A stretch of 64,000 bases of DNA from Stegostoma tigrinum (Eukaryota): NCBI RefSeq assembly GCF_030684315.1, contig NW_026728203.1, forward strand, positions 124,001-188,000, read 5' to 3'. The position numbers and the translations under genes are program-made. Each line of letters starts with the position of its first letter. Positions within the stretch are counted from its first letter, which is position 1. The notes beneath the pieces were generated by a model that had not been told where the DNA came from, searched no databases, and saw nothing but the letters and a program-made list of their open reading frames with translations. Positions 1 through 14,674 of this stretch are shown here, in pieces.

Positions 1-281
1 AAATTGACCAAGACCAGATCATCCCTCCAGAGTTAGATGAAAAATCACCAAGGGTTACATTGTCCAGAGACAGCAAGCTGGGCATCCACATCCAGGAGCC
101 AGTTGGACATGAAGACAATGTTCAAAACTTGACCAGAGAGTCAGTGTTAAGACCTGCACTAGATTGCAACAGGGGAAGGGCCACAGAAAATAATACATGT
201 TACAGCTAATTCATTAACTCAGCATAAAAACCAAACAGGTCAACACTATCATAGCACAGGCTTCAATTCCACAAAGCTCAC

Positions 282-383
282 CATGGAGAGGTAAACATAG
301 GAGGAATAGAGCTCCAGGTTGATCTGCTTGTTAACAGCATCCTCACAGTCCTTGTGGTAGTTCTGACACACTCGGGAAACCAT
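282..383 (-). CDS. Ferritin copy 0, exon 1 only (rest of gene lies left of the window)
   Basis: Reads [34 protein letters not shown] then a GTGAG donor (ctcac at 277-281). TATA at 453-460. Confidence 0.9.
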
Positions 384-421
384 CTTCACTATTCCTGCTC
401 ACAAGCACCAAGAAAACTCTA

Positions 422-645
422 GAACTAAGTCTCTCTCTCCCACAGGCTCTTGTATTTATAGTCCTGGGACCATCCTGCAGTCACACAGAGAGAGGCAGAA
501 CTGATGATGACTGACAGTTGCTGCTGGCCAATCAGGAACCACCCATGCATACAGGCACCAATGAGAGAGAGGGGGAGGGTGTGTTAAGCAGAGCTGATCA
601 GAGGTGGAGATGAGAGCCAGGTCTGGATGGTTATTCTGTGATTGG
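422..645 (-). promoter_or_regulatory. Ferritin core promoter: Inr-like TTAGTTC (422-428), TATAAATA (453-460), CCAAT boxes (528-532, 558-562, and one near 641-645)
   Basis: Motifs read directly from the sequence; the same layout recurs upstream of most copies. GCCAATCAG fits the NF-Y consensus. Confidence 0.7.
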
Positions 646-899
646 AACAGCAGGAGGCCATTCGGCATCTCAAACCTTCTGCACCACTCAATCAGGTCAT
701 GGGTCATTTGGTTCTTTTCTAAAAGAAGTCAATTTGGTTTCAAAAAAGTTACACATTTTTTAAAAATTAAGGTGGTTGTGAGCAACTGCACGAGGGATTC
801 AATGAGGAAGAGGGGCATCAGTTTCTCAGCTTGTTGTGCTGGGATTTGGGAAAGAAGGGTGGGAAATTGTCTCTGGGTCATAGAAAAATTATAACAGTG

Positions 900-1230
900 T
901 CTGTGGAAAAGACAGGAAGGATGTTCCTGATTATGGGGGAGGCCAGGACCAGGGTTTGCAATCTAAGGATACGTTTAGGACTGAGGGGAGGAGAAATCTC
1001 TTCACCTCGGGGGGCGGGGTGGTGGAACCTGTGGAATTCTCTGCCACAGAAAAGGATTGAAGCCAAAACAGGAATTGGGGAGAGCTTTGAGGGCTGGATC
1101 AAAAGGGATTGCAGAGAGGGTGAGAATATGGTGCTGAGTTCTGGAATCAGCCACAATCACATGGAATGGCAGAGCAGGCTGGAAGGGATGAATGGCCGAC
1201 TCAACATTTCTTTTCTATGATCCTATGTTT
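900..1230 (+). mobile_element. Old CR1 LINE 3'-end fragment (paralogues near 7710-8060, 21945-22270, 36490-36830, 49625-49940, 62570-62897)
   Basis: Degenerate CR1 ORF2 C-terminus (…RRNLFT…WNSLP…), then the gaatggccgactc 3' UTR motif and a ttctatgat(t/c)ctatg tail. Boundaries approximate. Confidence 0.7.
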
Positions 1231-1249
1231 CTGCAACCAGCGCAGCTAG

Positions 1250-1360
1250 GGTCTTGTGGTTTAGGGGTAATGTCCCGAGCTGTGGACCAGGAGGCCTTGG
1301 TACAAGTTCCTACCAGATCCAGAGCTCTTAAATCATCTCTACAGGCAGATTTAGAAAACA
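1250..1360 (+). mobile_element. Degenerate tRNA-derived SINE (paralogues near 8080-8190, 22295-22400, 36855-36962, 49965-50073, 62920-63030)
   Basis: A-box-like gtggtttaggggta and B-box-like ggtacaagttcc at tRNA-like spacing, ending in an AT-rich gatttagaaaac. Family not assigned. Confidence 0.5.
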
Positions 1361-1874
1361 ACCAGAACAGGTACAGGCACAAAGAACCGAATGGCCTCCT
1401 GCTGTGCCATAACAATTCTCCGATTCTGTGGCGGGTCTGTACCTGAGCAGAATCTCCCTGCCTCCAGCTCCTGCCTGTGGATTGTCACCTCGCAGTGATG
1501 GAGAGCCTCGAGTGTTCTGTTGGTTCTGAGAGTGATACCTGAAGAGGATTTCACCTCCTGGCAGGGCCACCCTGGACGGTACGATCGAGGGGAGGCTCCT
1601 GATAAGGTGCAATGCAAAACCAGTCCCCAGCGGCCATCCAGGTGGAAGATAGGTGTGTGCGATCGTTGGCTGTGACAGTGGGTGTTGGCCAGCAGTGGGG
1701 GGATCCCCAGTCAACATTTCTTTGCCAGTGGAACTGGGTCTACCTTGTGTAAAGGACCATGTCTCTGCTGATGTGTAACAGCTTTCCCACATTAAAGGTT
1801 CCTTATACAGGTGGAATTCAAACCCCGTCCCCAAACTCTCAGAATTTCCTGGGTGGAAATTCAGAGCGTTCTTC

Positions 1875-2450
1875 ACAACAGGAGGCCGTTCAGCCCACCG
1901 TTCCTGTATTAGCTTCTGAAAGAGCTACCTGATTAGTCCCACTTTCCAGCCCTATCTCTGTCCCTCTCTAAATTCGTCACTTCCAAGGACATATCCAACT
2001 CTTGTTTTGAAACCACCCATGGAATCGACCTCCGTCACTCTTCCAGGCAGCACATTCCAAATCCGAACAACTTTCTGAGCAAAGAGGTTTCTTCCCATTT
2101 CACTCTGATCTCCCCTACTGACAAACTGTGACCCCTCGTCACTGACAAGTCAACTGCTGAAATCAGAATATCCTTTTTACTCTATCAAAATTGTTCATAG
2201 TTTTGATCACGTCAACAAGGTCACCTGTAAGGAGATTTAGCCCATTTTCCTTCATCTTTCGGTGTATCTAAAATTCCTCATTCCTGGGGTCATTCTAATA
2301 AATCTCCTTTGAACTCTTTTGAGGTTTTTCATGTCGTGCCTTGAATGCCATGCCCAGAACTGAGTACATAATGGAAATGTGGTCTAACCAATGATTTGTA
2401 CAGGTGCAATATCAATTCATTGCTTTTATTCTCGATGCCTCAATTTGAAA
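1875..2450 (-). mobile_element. Old CR1 LINE 3' fragment; a homologue is present in nearly every spacer
   Basis: Starts with the CR1 3'-end motif ggaggccgttcagccc. Contains the reverse complement of the degenerate VRPHLEYCVQFWA region (gcccagaactg…aatgtggtctaacc). Boundaries approximate. Confidence 0.65.
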
Positions 2451-3529
2451 ACACAAGGTTCACATAGGTGGCTCAATCTCCATTAATAACAGCTTCATCC
2501 TGCCTGACCACTTTCAGATAATCGCATACTTGAAACCGAAAGCCTCTGAGCTCCTGTACTCACATCAGATTTGTAACATCGAGCCTGTTTTGTCTTTCTG
2601 TGTTTCTTGGACAAAAATGCATTACTCACTTTTTTTTTTATGTCTTGAAATTGGAAAGTGATTGGCAACATCAAGCCTTGTGCAGTAAATATCTGTGCGT
2701 GCAAATGTTGTCCTTTCCACAAAGTAACTGTTTTTGACATGATCCTGGATGATGTAGTTCTCATGTGAAGATTGTCATCCCATTCTACGCACAGTCCGAG
2801 ATGATCATTGAGAAGAAATGGGTTCTTTCCTCTCTACCCTGTCAAATCCGTTAGTCCTCTGAACAATATCAGTTACAGCCATCCCTTAACCTTCTACACA
2901 GAGGGACTGGACAAGCCATTATGATGAATTAACCATCTCTCTGTCCAGGTTACTTCCAGAAATTCTGTGCATGACCATTGTCGGGGTCGTACCTGCCAGA
3001 ACTGTGCACTCCGGCTGTGGTTGAACAGGAACTTGACAATTTCACCAATACCTCTCCATCCAGAGGTATTTGAACCCCTCAGAGATCAGGGCTAACATTA
3101 GTTTCGAGAACGTGGTGACTTTCCTTCTTGCGTTACTGTTGCCCATTTGGTGTAGGCAAAGCCATACTGCTGTTAGGGAGGGAATGTGGGGCTATGTTTC
3201 CAACGCCAGATGAGCAGTGGCTTAGTGTAGAACGTGGAGAGGCATGGTGTTCCCACATTTCTGCGGCCCTTGTCCGATGGAAAGTAGTTATGGTTTTAAG
3301 AAGTTGTCTGAGGAGCTTTGGTGGATTCCTACAGCATTTGGTAGATGGTATATATTGCAGTCTCTGCGTATGTCAGTGGTGGAAGGATTGACTAAAGTGG
3401 CTGCTCGTTTGCTGGAGGCTGTCAACATTCTGTAGTGTTAGACTGCTACCTGTTTTCCTGATTCTGTCTGACATCACTGAATTTCCTGCACATCATTCTC
3501 ATTCCAGAAGTGATGGTGCAAACAAGCCT

Positions 3530-3705
3530 CTTCTAGTTCACTAATGTCCTTGTTTGTAAGAAACTGCCATCCTTACCTGCTCTGGCTTATGTGTAACCCC
3601 ACGGCCACAGCAAAGGGGTTTAATTTGAATTACTCATGGGCTGGGTGGGTAATCAGAGATGGATAATAAATGCTGCCCGTCAGTGATAGCCTGATCCTGT
3701 TAAAG
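3530..3705 (+). mobile_element. Degenerate SacSINE1/Deu-SINE-like fragment (paralogues near 10965-11135, 24555-24725, 38990-39165, 53480-53650; weaker near 17950, 32350, 45645, 58655)
   Basis: gttcactaatgtcctt…ctgccatccttacctg…tctggc…ccacagca…ataaatgctg resembles my recollection of the shark SINE consensus; not checked by search. Confidence 0.5.
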
Positions 3706-4724
3706 CACTTACACAAACCAGTCACATTGTAATTCAGGGCTGATTGATAGTGATGAGGCCCTCAGCGTGCACTGTGTGGAGTCACAGATCAGCCAGTCGA
3801 CAGCAGGCGATCTGATCTGCTTGAAAATTGAAACTGCTGATTTCTGCACATGCTCGTTGCATTTTAGCTTGCTTTTGCACCAAGCATCCTCAGTATTTGT
3901 CACCTCTTCGTTGCAGGGTAATAATAGAAATTATCACACAGGCAACAAGGGGGGCACTGCTTCATTCCCAACGCAGTTCCTCATCATCTTGAGCATTGTA
4001 AGACAAGGTAGATGTTTGCTTTCTCTTACATGTAAGAAGGAGATACTGAAGAAACTAATTCCCTAGCTCAGGGATGAGTGCAATAAGCAATTGCTTATGT
4101 CAAAGAAAAAAACTGCGGAAAAGCATTCTATCTTACTCTTTGGGAGGAGGAATTTTACGATTTACAAAAATGAGTAACACCTAGGCATTAGAACAAATTG
4201 CTGGAAAACACCTCACTGTCAGGCAACAAAATCAAACAAGAGATGATCACGTGTCTCATGGCCAGGTTCTGTTCAACCCTTCTCCCTCCCAATGCTGCCA
4301 AACCTGAGATTTCCCAGCAGGTTTTGATCCTGGTTTCCAGAATCTGCTTATTTAAAAAGAGACCCAAACACATGACCAAGGGCAGTGCATTAGATCAGTG
4401 CCTACCCTTTAGGCAAAGGACTGATTTCAGTCAGTGCATTGATTGGAAGCTGGTCCTGCAAACTTGTCCCTGCGAGTAGATGTCAGTAATGCTGACTTAT
4501 CTGTCAACAACCTTACCAGTTATGGAATTTCCAATAAAAGGATTGCCCACTCAATCCCCAGACACAGCAGAATCAAACACTGAGCAAGTTACTGGGGCAG
4601 GCATTGAATCAAAGGATGTCACAAAGAACAAAGGATTGATGATCAGACATGACAGCACAAAAAGCTCCAAGAACCAGAACCTATGGAAATTACACACTGT
4701 ACTCAATTCCATGGTGAATACTAT

Positions 4725-4730
4725 TTTAAT
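4725..4730 (-). terminator. Polyadenylation signal ATTAAA of ferritin copy A
   Basis: About 75 nt downstream of the stop codon. The homologous position reads AATAAA in copy H (54686-54691) and ATTAAA in most other copies. Confidence 0.6.
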
Positions 4731-4802
4731 TTGCTCAGAGCACAACTAGTCATTTAGTAGAATGAGGTCACCATGTACAACAGATATAGATATTGACCCC
4801 AT

Positions 4803-7193
<2,391 letters not shown>

Positions 7194-9308
7194 CTTCACT
7201 ATTCCTGCTCACAATCACAAGGACAACTCTGGAACAAAGGCCTCAATCCCCAAAGCTGTTGTGTTTCTACTCCTGAGACAACCGGCACTCACCCAGAGGG
7301 AGACCGAACTGATGATGACTGACAGTTGCTGCTAGCCAATCAGGAGCCACCCCTGCATACAGGCACCAATGAGAGAGAGGGGGAGGGTGTGTTAAGCAGA
7401 GCTGATCAGAGGTGGAGATGAGAGTCAGGTCTGGATGGTTATTCTGTGATTGGAACAGCAGGAGGCCATTCGGCATCTCAAACCTTCTGCACCACTCAAT
7501 CAGGTCATGGGTCATTTGGTTCTTTTCTGAAAGAAGTAAATATGGTTTGAGAAAAGATTGCTCGTTTTGTTTTTAAATTATGGTGGTTGTGATCAACTGC
7601 ACAAGGGACTCATTGAGGAAGGGGAGTGTCAGTTTCTCAGCCTGTTGTGCTGGGATTTGGGAAAGAAAGGTGGGAAATTGGCTCGGGGTCATCGAAAATT
7701 GTCATAGTGTCAGCTGTGGAAAAGACAGGAAGGATGTTCCTGATGATGGAAAAGTTTAGGATCAGGGGTCACAGCCTAAGGACACATTTAGGACTGAAAT
7801 GAGGAGAAATCTCTTCACCGAGAGAGTGGGGGTCCTGTGGAATTCTGTGCCACAGAAAACATTTGAGGCCAAAACTTTGAATGTTTTCCAGGAGCAGTTG
7901 GGTGTAGCTTTGAGGGCTGCAGGGATCAAAGAGTATGGAGAGAGAGTGGGAAGATGGGACTGAGTTATGGAATCAGCCACAATCACATGGAATGGCAGAG
8001 CAGTCTGGAGGGGGCTGAATGGCCGAATCCAACAATTTTTTTTCGATGATTCTAAGTTTGTACAACCAGTGCAGCCAGGGTATTGTGATGCAGGGGTAAT
8101 GTCCCTAGCTGTGGACCAGGAAGCCTTGGTCCAAGTCCATACCAGATCCAGAGATTTTGTAACATCTTTACAGGCAGAATTAGAAAACAACCAGAACAGG
8201 TGCAGGCACAAAGGACCGAATGGCCGCCTGCTGTGCCACAACAATTCTCCGATTCTGTGATGGGTCTGTACCTGAGCAGCATCTCCCTGCCTCCAGCTCC
8301 TGCCTGTGGATTGTCACCTCGCAGTGATGGAGAGCCTCGAGTGTTCTGTTGGTTCTGAGAGTGATACCTGAAGAGGATTTCACCTCCTGGCAGGGCCACC
8401 CAGGACGGTACGATCGAGGGGAGGGTCCTGGTAAAGTGCAATGCAAAACAAGTTCCCAACGGCCATCCAGGTGGAAGATAGGCGTGTGCTATCGTTGGCT
8501 GTGACGGTGGGTGAAGGTCAGCAGTGGGGGGATCCCCAGTCAACATTTCTTTGCCAGTGGAACTGGGTCTACCTTGTGTAAAGGACCATGTCTCTGCTGA
8601 TGTGTAACAGCTTTCCCACATTAAAGGTGCCTTGTACAGGTGCCCACTGAGAGGAGTACAAAGGCCCTCTCCAAACTCTGAGAATTTCCTGGGGGAACAT
8701 GCAGAGGATTTTTAATGATAGGAGGCCATTTGGCCCATCGTGCCTGATTCAGTTTCTGAAAGCATTCCACACCCAGCCCCACTCTCCAGCCCTATGTCTG
8801 TATCCCTCTAAATTTGCCACTTCCATATATGTATACAGCTGCTTTTCTAAAGCCACCTACGGAATCTGCGTCCATCACTCCTGTCAGCTACGCATACCAA
8901 ACCCTACCAACTTTCTGAGTGAAGAGGTTTCTCCTCCTCTCACTGTGAGCTCCCTCACTGACAAATTGTGACCCCTCGTCACTAACGTATCCACTGGTGA
9001 AAACAGAATATCCCCCTTTACCCTGACAGAATTGGTGATAATTTTGATCACTTCAACAAGTGCTCCTTGCTCCAAGGAGAATAAGCGCTATTTCTTTAAT
9101 CTTTCCGTGTGTCTGAAATTCCCCATTCCAGGTGTCATTATTATAAATCACCTTTGAACTCTGTCCAGGGCTTGCATGCCCTTCCTTAAAAGCCACGCCC
9201 AGAACTGAGCACATCACTGCAAATGTGGTCTAACCAATGAGTTGTAGAGGGGTATCATCAATTCCTTGCTTTTATACTCGATGCCTCAATTTGAAAACAC
9301 AAGGTTCA

Positions 9309-10498
9309 TAGAACAATACAGCGCAGAACGGGCCCTTCGGCCCTCGATGTTGCGCCGACCTGTGAGCTAATCCAAGCCCCACCTCCTACACCATCCCGTC
9401 ATCATCCATATGCTTATCCAAGAAATGTTTAAATGCCCCTAACGTGGCTGAGTTAACTACATTGGCAGGCAGGGCTTTCCACGCCCTTACCACTCTCTGA
9501 GCAAAGAACCTGCCTCTGACAAATGTCTTAAATGTATCACCCCGCAATTTGTAGCTATGCCCCCTTGTACAAGTTGAAGTCATCATCCTCGGAAAAAGAC
9601 TCTCACTGTCCACCCTATCTAATCCTCTGATCATCTTGTATGTCTCTATTAAATCCCCTCTTAGCCTACTTCTCTCCAATGAGAACAGATCCAAGTCCCT
9701 CAGCGTTTCTTCATAGGGCCTGCGCTCCAGACCAGGCAACATCCTGGTAAATCTCCTCTGCACCTTTCCCAATGCTTCCACATCCTTCCTGTAATGGGGT
9801 GACCAGAACTGCACGCAATATTCCAAATGAGGCCGCACTAGCGTTTTGTACAGTTGCAGCATGACATCACGGCTCCGGAACTCAATCCCTCTACCAATAA
9901 AACCTAACACACGGTAAGCCTTCTTATCAGCATTATCAATCTGGGTGACAACTTTCAAGGATCTATGTACATGGACACCAAGATCCATCTGCACATCCGC
10001 ACTGCCAAGAATCTTTCCATTGACCTAGTATTCTGCCTTCCTGTTATTCCCCCAAAATTGAATCAACTCACATTTATCTGCATTGAACTCCATTTGCCAC
10101 CTTTCAGCCCAATTCTGCAGTTTATCCAAGTCTCCCTGCAACGTGCAACATTCTTCCACACCGTCCACCACTCCACCGACTTTAGTGTCATCTGCAAACT
10201 TACTAACCCATCCACCTATGCCTGCGTCCAAGTCATTTATAAAAATGACAAACAGCAGTGGTCCTAAAGTAGATCCTTGAGGCACACTACGAGTGACCTG
10301 ACTCCAGGCTGGATATTTTCCATCAACCACCACTCGTTGCCTTCTTACAGAAAGCCAGTTTCTAATCCAAACTGCTAAATCTCCCTCAATTCTCTGCCTC
10401 TGTATTTTCTCCAATAGCCTACCATGTGAAACCTTATCAATGGCTTTACTGAAGTCCAATTACACCACGTCAACTGCCCTTCCCTCATCCACATGCTT
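9309..10498 (-). mobile_element. 5'-truncated CR1 LINE (reverse transcriptase C-terminal part), insertion a; ORF interrupted
   Basis: ORFs 10025-10459 and 9386-9994 contain MDFSKA, VPQGS, KFADDTK and LVRPHLEYCVQFWSP. Flanked by ggttca (9303-9308 and 10499-10504). An empty site is visible near 2457. Confidence 0.93.
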
Positions 10499-12264
10499 GG
10501 TTCACCACAGCCTTCTCAATAACAGCATCATCTTGGCTGGTCACTTTCAGATAATCACATACTTGAAACCCAAAGTCTCTCTGCTCCTGTACTCACATCA
10601 GATTTGGAACATTGAGCCTGTTTTGTCTTTCTATGTTTCTCAAACAAAATGTGTTATTCACATATTTTTAGTGTTGAAATTAGAAAGTGATTGTCAAAGT
10701 CAAGCCTTACACAATAAATATCTAACAGCACGTGTGTTGTCTAAGGAGCTTTGGTGGATTTCTACAACATTTGGTGATAGTACACATTGCAGTCCCTGTG
10801 TGTCAGTGGTGGAAGGAGTGAATCTCGTGGCTGCTCTGAGCTGGCAACTGTTAAGCTTCTGGAGTGTGGGACTGAGGCCCATTGTCCTGATTCTGTCTGA
10901 AAAACTCTCTTTGGGCATTATGAACCTAAAAATGAGCATGCAATTCCTAGTCTGAATAAAATATCCTTTTCACTGAAGTCATTTAGGGAAGGGAACTGCC
11001 AAACTGCCATCCTTACCTGGTCTGGCCAGTATATGACACCAAGCCTAAAGCACTGTGGTTGACTAATTGTCCCATGGGCAGTTCAGAGAGAGGATAAATG
11101 CTGCCTGGTCAGTGACATCCTTATCCTGTCAAGGAATTGTCAGTGGTCACCCATTAGAAACCAGTGACTGATTGTGATTGACAGCAATGAGCTAGACCCA
11201 ATGCAGCGTGTGTGGAGCCACATGGAGGCCAGATTACATCAGAAAGCTGATTTTCTTCACAATTAAATGTAAAGGAAATTGGAACTACTGACTTCTGCAA
11301 GTGGTATTTTGTTTTTAGCTTTATTGTCATCAGGTGTCCTCAGCATTTGTCACCTTTGCATTGCAGAGCAAGGACAGGAGTTACAGCAGATGCTTTAGAA
11401 GGTGGGCACTGCTTCATTGCCTAATAGAGGCCATAGTCATTAGCATTGTCAGGGAGAAAGCAGAGCTTTCATTCTACTGAATGGAAAGGACATACTAGAG
11501 AAACAATTCTCTAGCGCAGGAAACATGTAAATGGTAAGCAATTGCAGAAAAGCAGGTGTACCTTGCACGATTGGTCAACTTTATATTCTTGTAATGAGGA
11601 ATTTTGTGACCTATTAAAGTCAGTAGGATTTAAGCAAGAGAACAAGTAGGTGGAAAACACCTCATGGCCTGGCAACAAAATCAGTCAAGAGATAAACACG
11701 TGTCTCATGTCCCGGTTCTGTTCAACACTTCTCACTACCAAACCTGAGATTTCCCAGCAGCTTTTGTTCCAGGTTTCCAGTGTCAGCTTGGTTTTTCCAA
11801 AAATGCTGAAGATTGAATGAATGGACGGGCCTTGGCAATGCCTAATGTTTAGGCACAGGACAGATTTCAGTCATGGTTTTGAGCCGAAGCTGGTCCTGAA
11901 AAATTGTCCTGGGAAAGCTGAGGACAGATTTTGTTCTGGCATTGTCTGCAATGCAGATATTTGCCAGTTGTGGCATTTCCAAGGACAAGATTGCCCACTC
12001 AATCCCTACAGACAGACGCTCAGCAGAAGCAAACACCGAGCAAATTACTGGGGCAGGCATTGAATCAAAGGTTGCAAGAAAGAACAGAAAATGGATTTGA
12101 TTACCAGATGTTAAAACACAAAAAACCTCCAAGAACCAGAAGCTATGAAAATTACACACTGTACTCAGTTCCATGGTGAACACTCTTTTAATTTGCTCAG
12201 AGAACAACTAGTCATTTAGTAGAATGAGGTCACCATGTACAACAGATATAGATATTGACCCCAT

Positions 12265-14674
12265 TCAATGGAGTGGCAGCCTGTCAAACATGTAGTCTCC
12301 AATGCCATCGTCAGGGGCTCCCAGTCTCTTCAGGTTGGTGGTGTGATCTCCCAGCTTCTTGATCATCTTCACTTACTTATCCAAGTAGTGCCTCTCCATG
12401 AAATCATAGCTGGAAGACAAAATTAATCCAACAAGGATCAAAAAATGTCAGTGACCTCCCATGACAGAAGTGACCATCACCTCCCTATGGGGGAGGGGCA
12501 TGCAAGTGATGCCTTCACAAGGTTTTGTTTAAACATCCTGCAGGAGGCAGGTAGAAAAATAATTGGATTCCCCACCCTGGAAGTACACAAACAGATCACT
12601 TTCTACCAGGAAAGGGATAAAACCTCACATGAGGGTCTATGTGGTCAGAGGCAAGTTTGTGCAGATCCAGCAGACTCTGGTTCACATCCTTCTCCATCTG
12701 CAGAGCTCTCTGCATCACCTCCAGACCATTGCCGCACTCATCCTGCTCTGGCTTCTGAAGGGAGGGAAGCAGGAACAGAAAGCACAGCTCAGCAGGCAGT
12801 TCTATCATTAGTCTACATCTGATCAGTTAGTTATCCCTCATCATTTCCAGGGGTTACATTCAGACAAAAAATTTTACTTGGATACAAAAACCCTCTAGAT
12901 TTTATGCTGGCCTGAGAATAAAGAAATGTTAACATATCTCACTGTTACTGTGAATTCTGAAAGAAGTCGTATCTAGAATCAGTCGCAATGGAAGTAATCC
13001 CTTGCTTTACTGTTTGATGTAGTGACCAGAATGGTCCCAAGGCATTACAAACCTCTTCTAGATGTAGTGAGGTTGGATGCTGCTGCTTTTTGTAGCTGCA
13101 AGTTCTCAGCCTTACCTTTTGTTACCTCACCTTGTCCATATAGAGTCACATACAGGGACATGTGCTCACCATCCAGTAGCCTGGATCATCTGAATTGCCT
13201 TCTGCTATTGAGTCACAAATGCAAAGTATTTCCCTTTTCCCTAAACAAATCCTGTTTCGGGGAACAACTTGCCCTTGACATAGTATTTGATCAATCCTGA
13301 AGCTAAATAGATGGAGATACCATTCGATTGTAGCTGCTCAAAAAGCTGCAAACAGACAGACATTCTCAGAATCCAACCTTGATGTCCTGCAGGAGGACTC
13401 AGCCTCCACGTTTATTCTGGAATGCCATCAGTTTCTCAGCGTGTTCCCGCTCCTCATGGGACTGCTCCTTGAAGAACTCAGCAAAGTGATGGAGGGCAAC
13501 ATCATCCCGGTCAAAGAGAGAGAACTGCAAACAGACAAAATGGGAAGTAAATTTCACTCAATTCAGCTTGGTTTTGCTCACGAAATGGAAGTTAGATGGA
13601 CAGTAAGAAGACAGGTATTTACATTTATGGTCATCCATAAACTAAACTAGACAGATATTTGTTCAAACATCTAGAAATAAAGATTAAGTAGCACCCGCTA
13701 CAACCGCTGGTAGGTGACTTGGTGAGACAGTGCACGGTGACGGTCACAGCTGGCAACAGGCATTAGACATCCCTGCACTGCAGGTCAGAAACACTATTAC
13801 CCAGTGCTGGAAGCCAATCAGGGCATTGTCCAACTGAATGAAGGGACATGTGCATGTTGACCAAGAGAAGCTGAAATCTGAGCTCCTCACATTACCAACA
13901 TCACTCATCTGATTTAGCCCCACTGTCCTAACACCTCATCTGCACAAGAGACAGTGACTGATTTTTGTTCCAGATAATCCATCTTGGGAGTGGAAAAAGT
14001 CTGCTCCTCATAAGTAGCAACTAAAAACCATGAAGGAAAGGTCACCGGACCAAAAACAGGAACTGATTTCTCACCACAGATCCTACCAGACCCACTAAGC
14101 TTTTCCAGCAGCTCATTTCAGTCTTTTATTTCCAGTAGTTAATCACAGTTAGGATGTTTATTAAAAAAAAGGCTTCATTAAAAGGACAAGATATAAAAAG
14201 TTAGATTTGGACTGATGCAAGCTTCCACAAGGATGTAAATGATTTCAAATATAAATGGGCCATTGATATCAACATGGAAGGAGGAGTTGAATTAAGAAGC
14301 AGAACCAGGCCATCCCTCAGCACCAAAAATGTGCTCTGCCCAGAATTACAACATACTGGGGACTCCTAGACAAGAGCCAGCTCCAACACAAGACAAGCTT
14401 AAAATTGCTACAGAATTAGCATTAAGAGCACTCACAGGATTCATTCCAGGAAGGACAACAGACAAGATATATGGTAGTACTAAATCATTGAGCAAGAAGC
14501 CACTTAAAGGCTCAGTACAATCATATCACAGCCCTAACACTGAAATAGACCATTCAAGATCACAAGCCTCACCATGGAGAGGTAAACATAGGAGGAATAA
14601 AGCTCCAGGTTGATCTGCTTGTTAACAGCATCCTCACAGTCCTTGTGGTAGTTCTGACACGCTTGGGAGGCCAT
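12265..14674 (-). pseudogene. Ferritin pseudogene, copy B. Exons 14674-14573, 13524-13378, 12754-12629, 12409-12265
   Basis: Premature TGA in exon 2 (13399-13401, RGG*), 2-bp deletion at the start of exon 4 (145 nt), TAA replacing the ferroxidase Gln codon (12373-12375), and a promoter deletion. Confidence 0.92.

Noticed and set aside
500-525. ATGACTGACAGTTGC in the promoters as an antioxidant response element or AP-1 site
   Set aside because: It does not fit TGACnnnGC on either strand and is a mismatch to TGACTCA.
456-707. Recurring 82-97 aa ORF 'MTHDLIEWCRRFEMPNG…' upstream of most copies
   Set aside because: It overlaps the TATA/CCAAT promoter, has variable ends and no recognisable domain. 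Recurrence is explained by tandem duplication.
1256-1315. Possible tRNA gene
   Set aside because: A and B boxes are degenerate and no cloverleaf forms; it is better explained as a SINE head.
1192-1446. Recurring plus-strand 84-aa ORF 'MADSTF…'
   Set aside because: It starts in a CR1 3' UTR and runs through a SINE, so it is a chance frame copied with the unit.
1538-1570. CTGAAGAG-GA…TCC as a further hammerhead core
   Set aside because: The required GAAA box is missing in every paralogue.
4688-4706. CAGTGT on the minus strand downstream of copy A, a possible 3' IRE
   Set aside because: The flanks do not form the 5-bp upper stem with a C bulge, and the site lies past the poly(A) signal.
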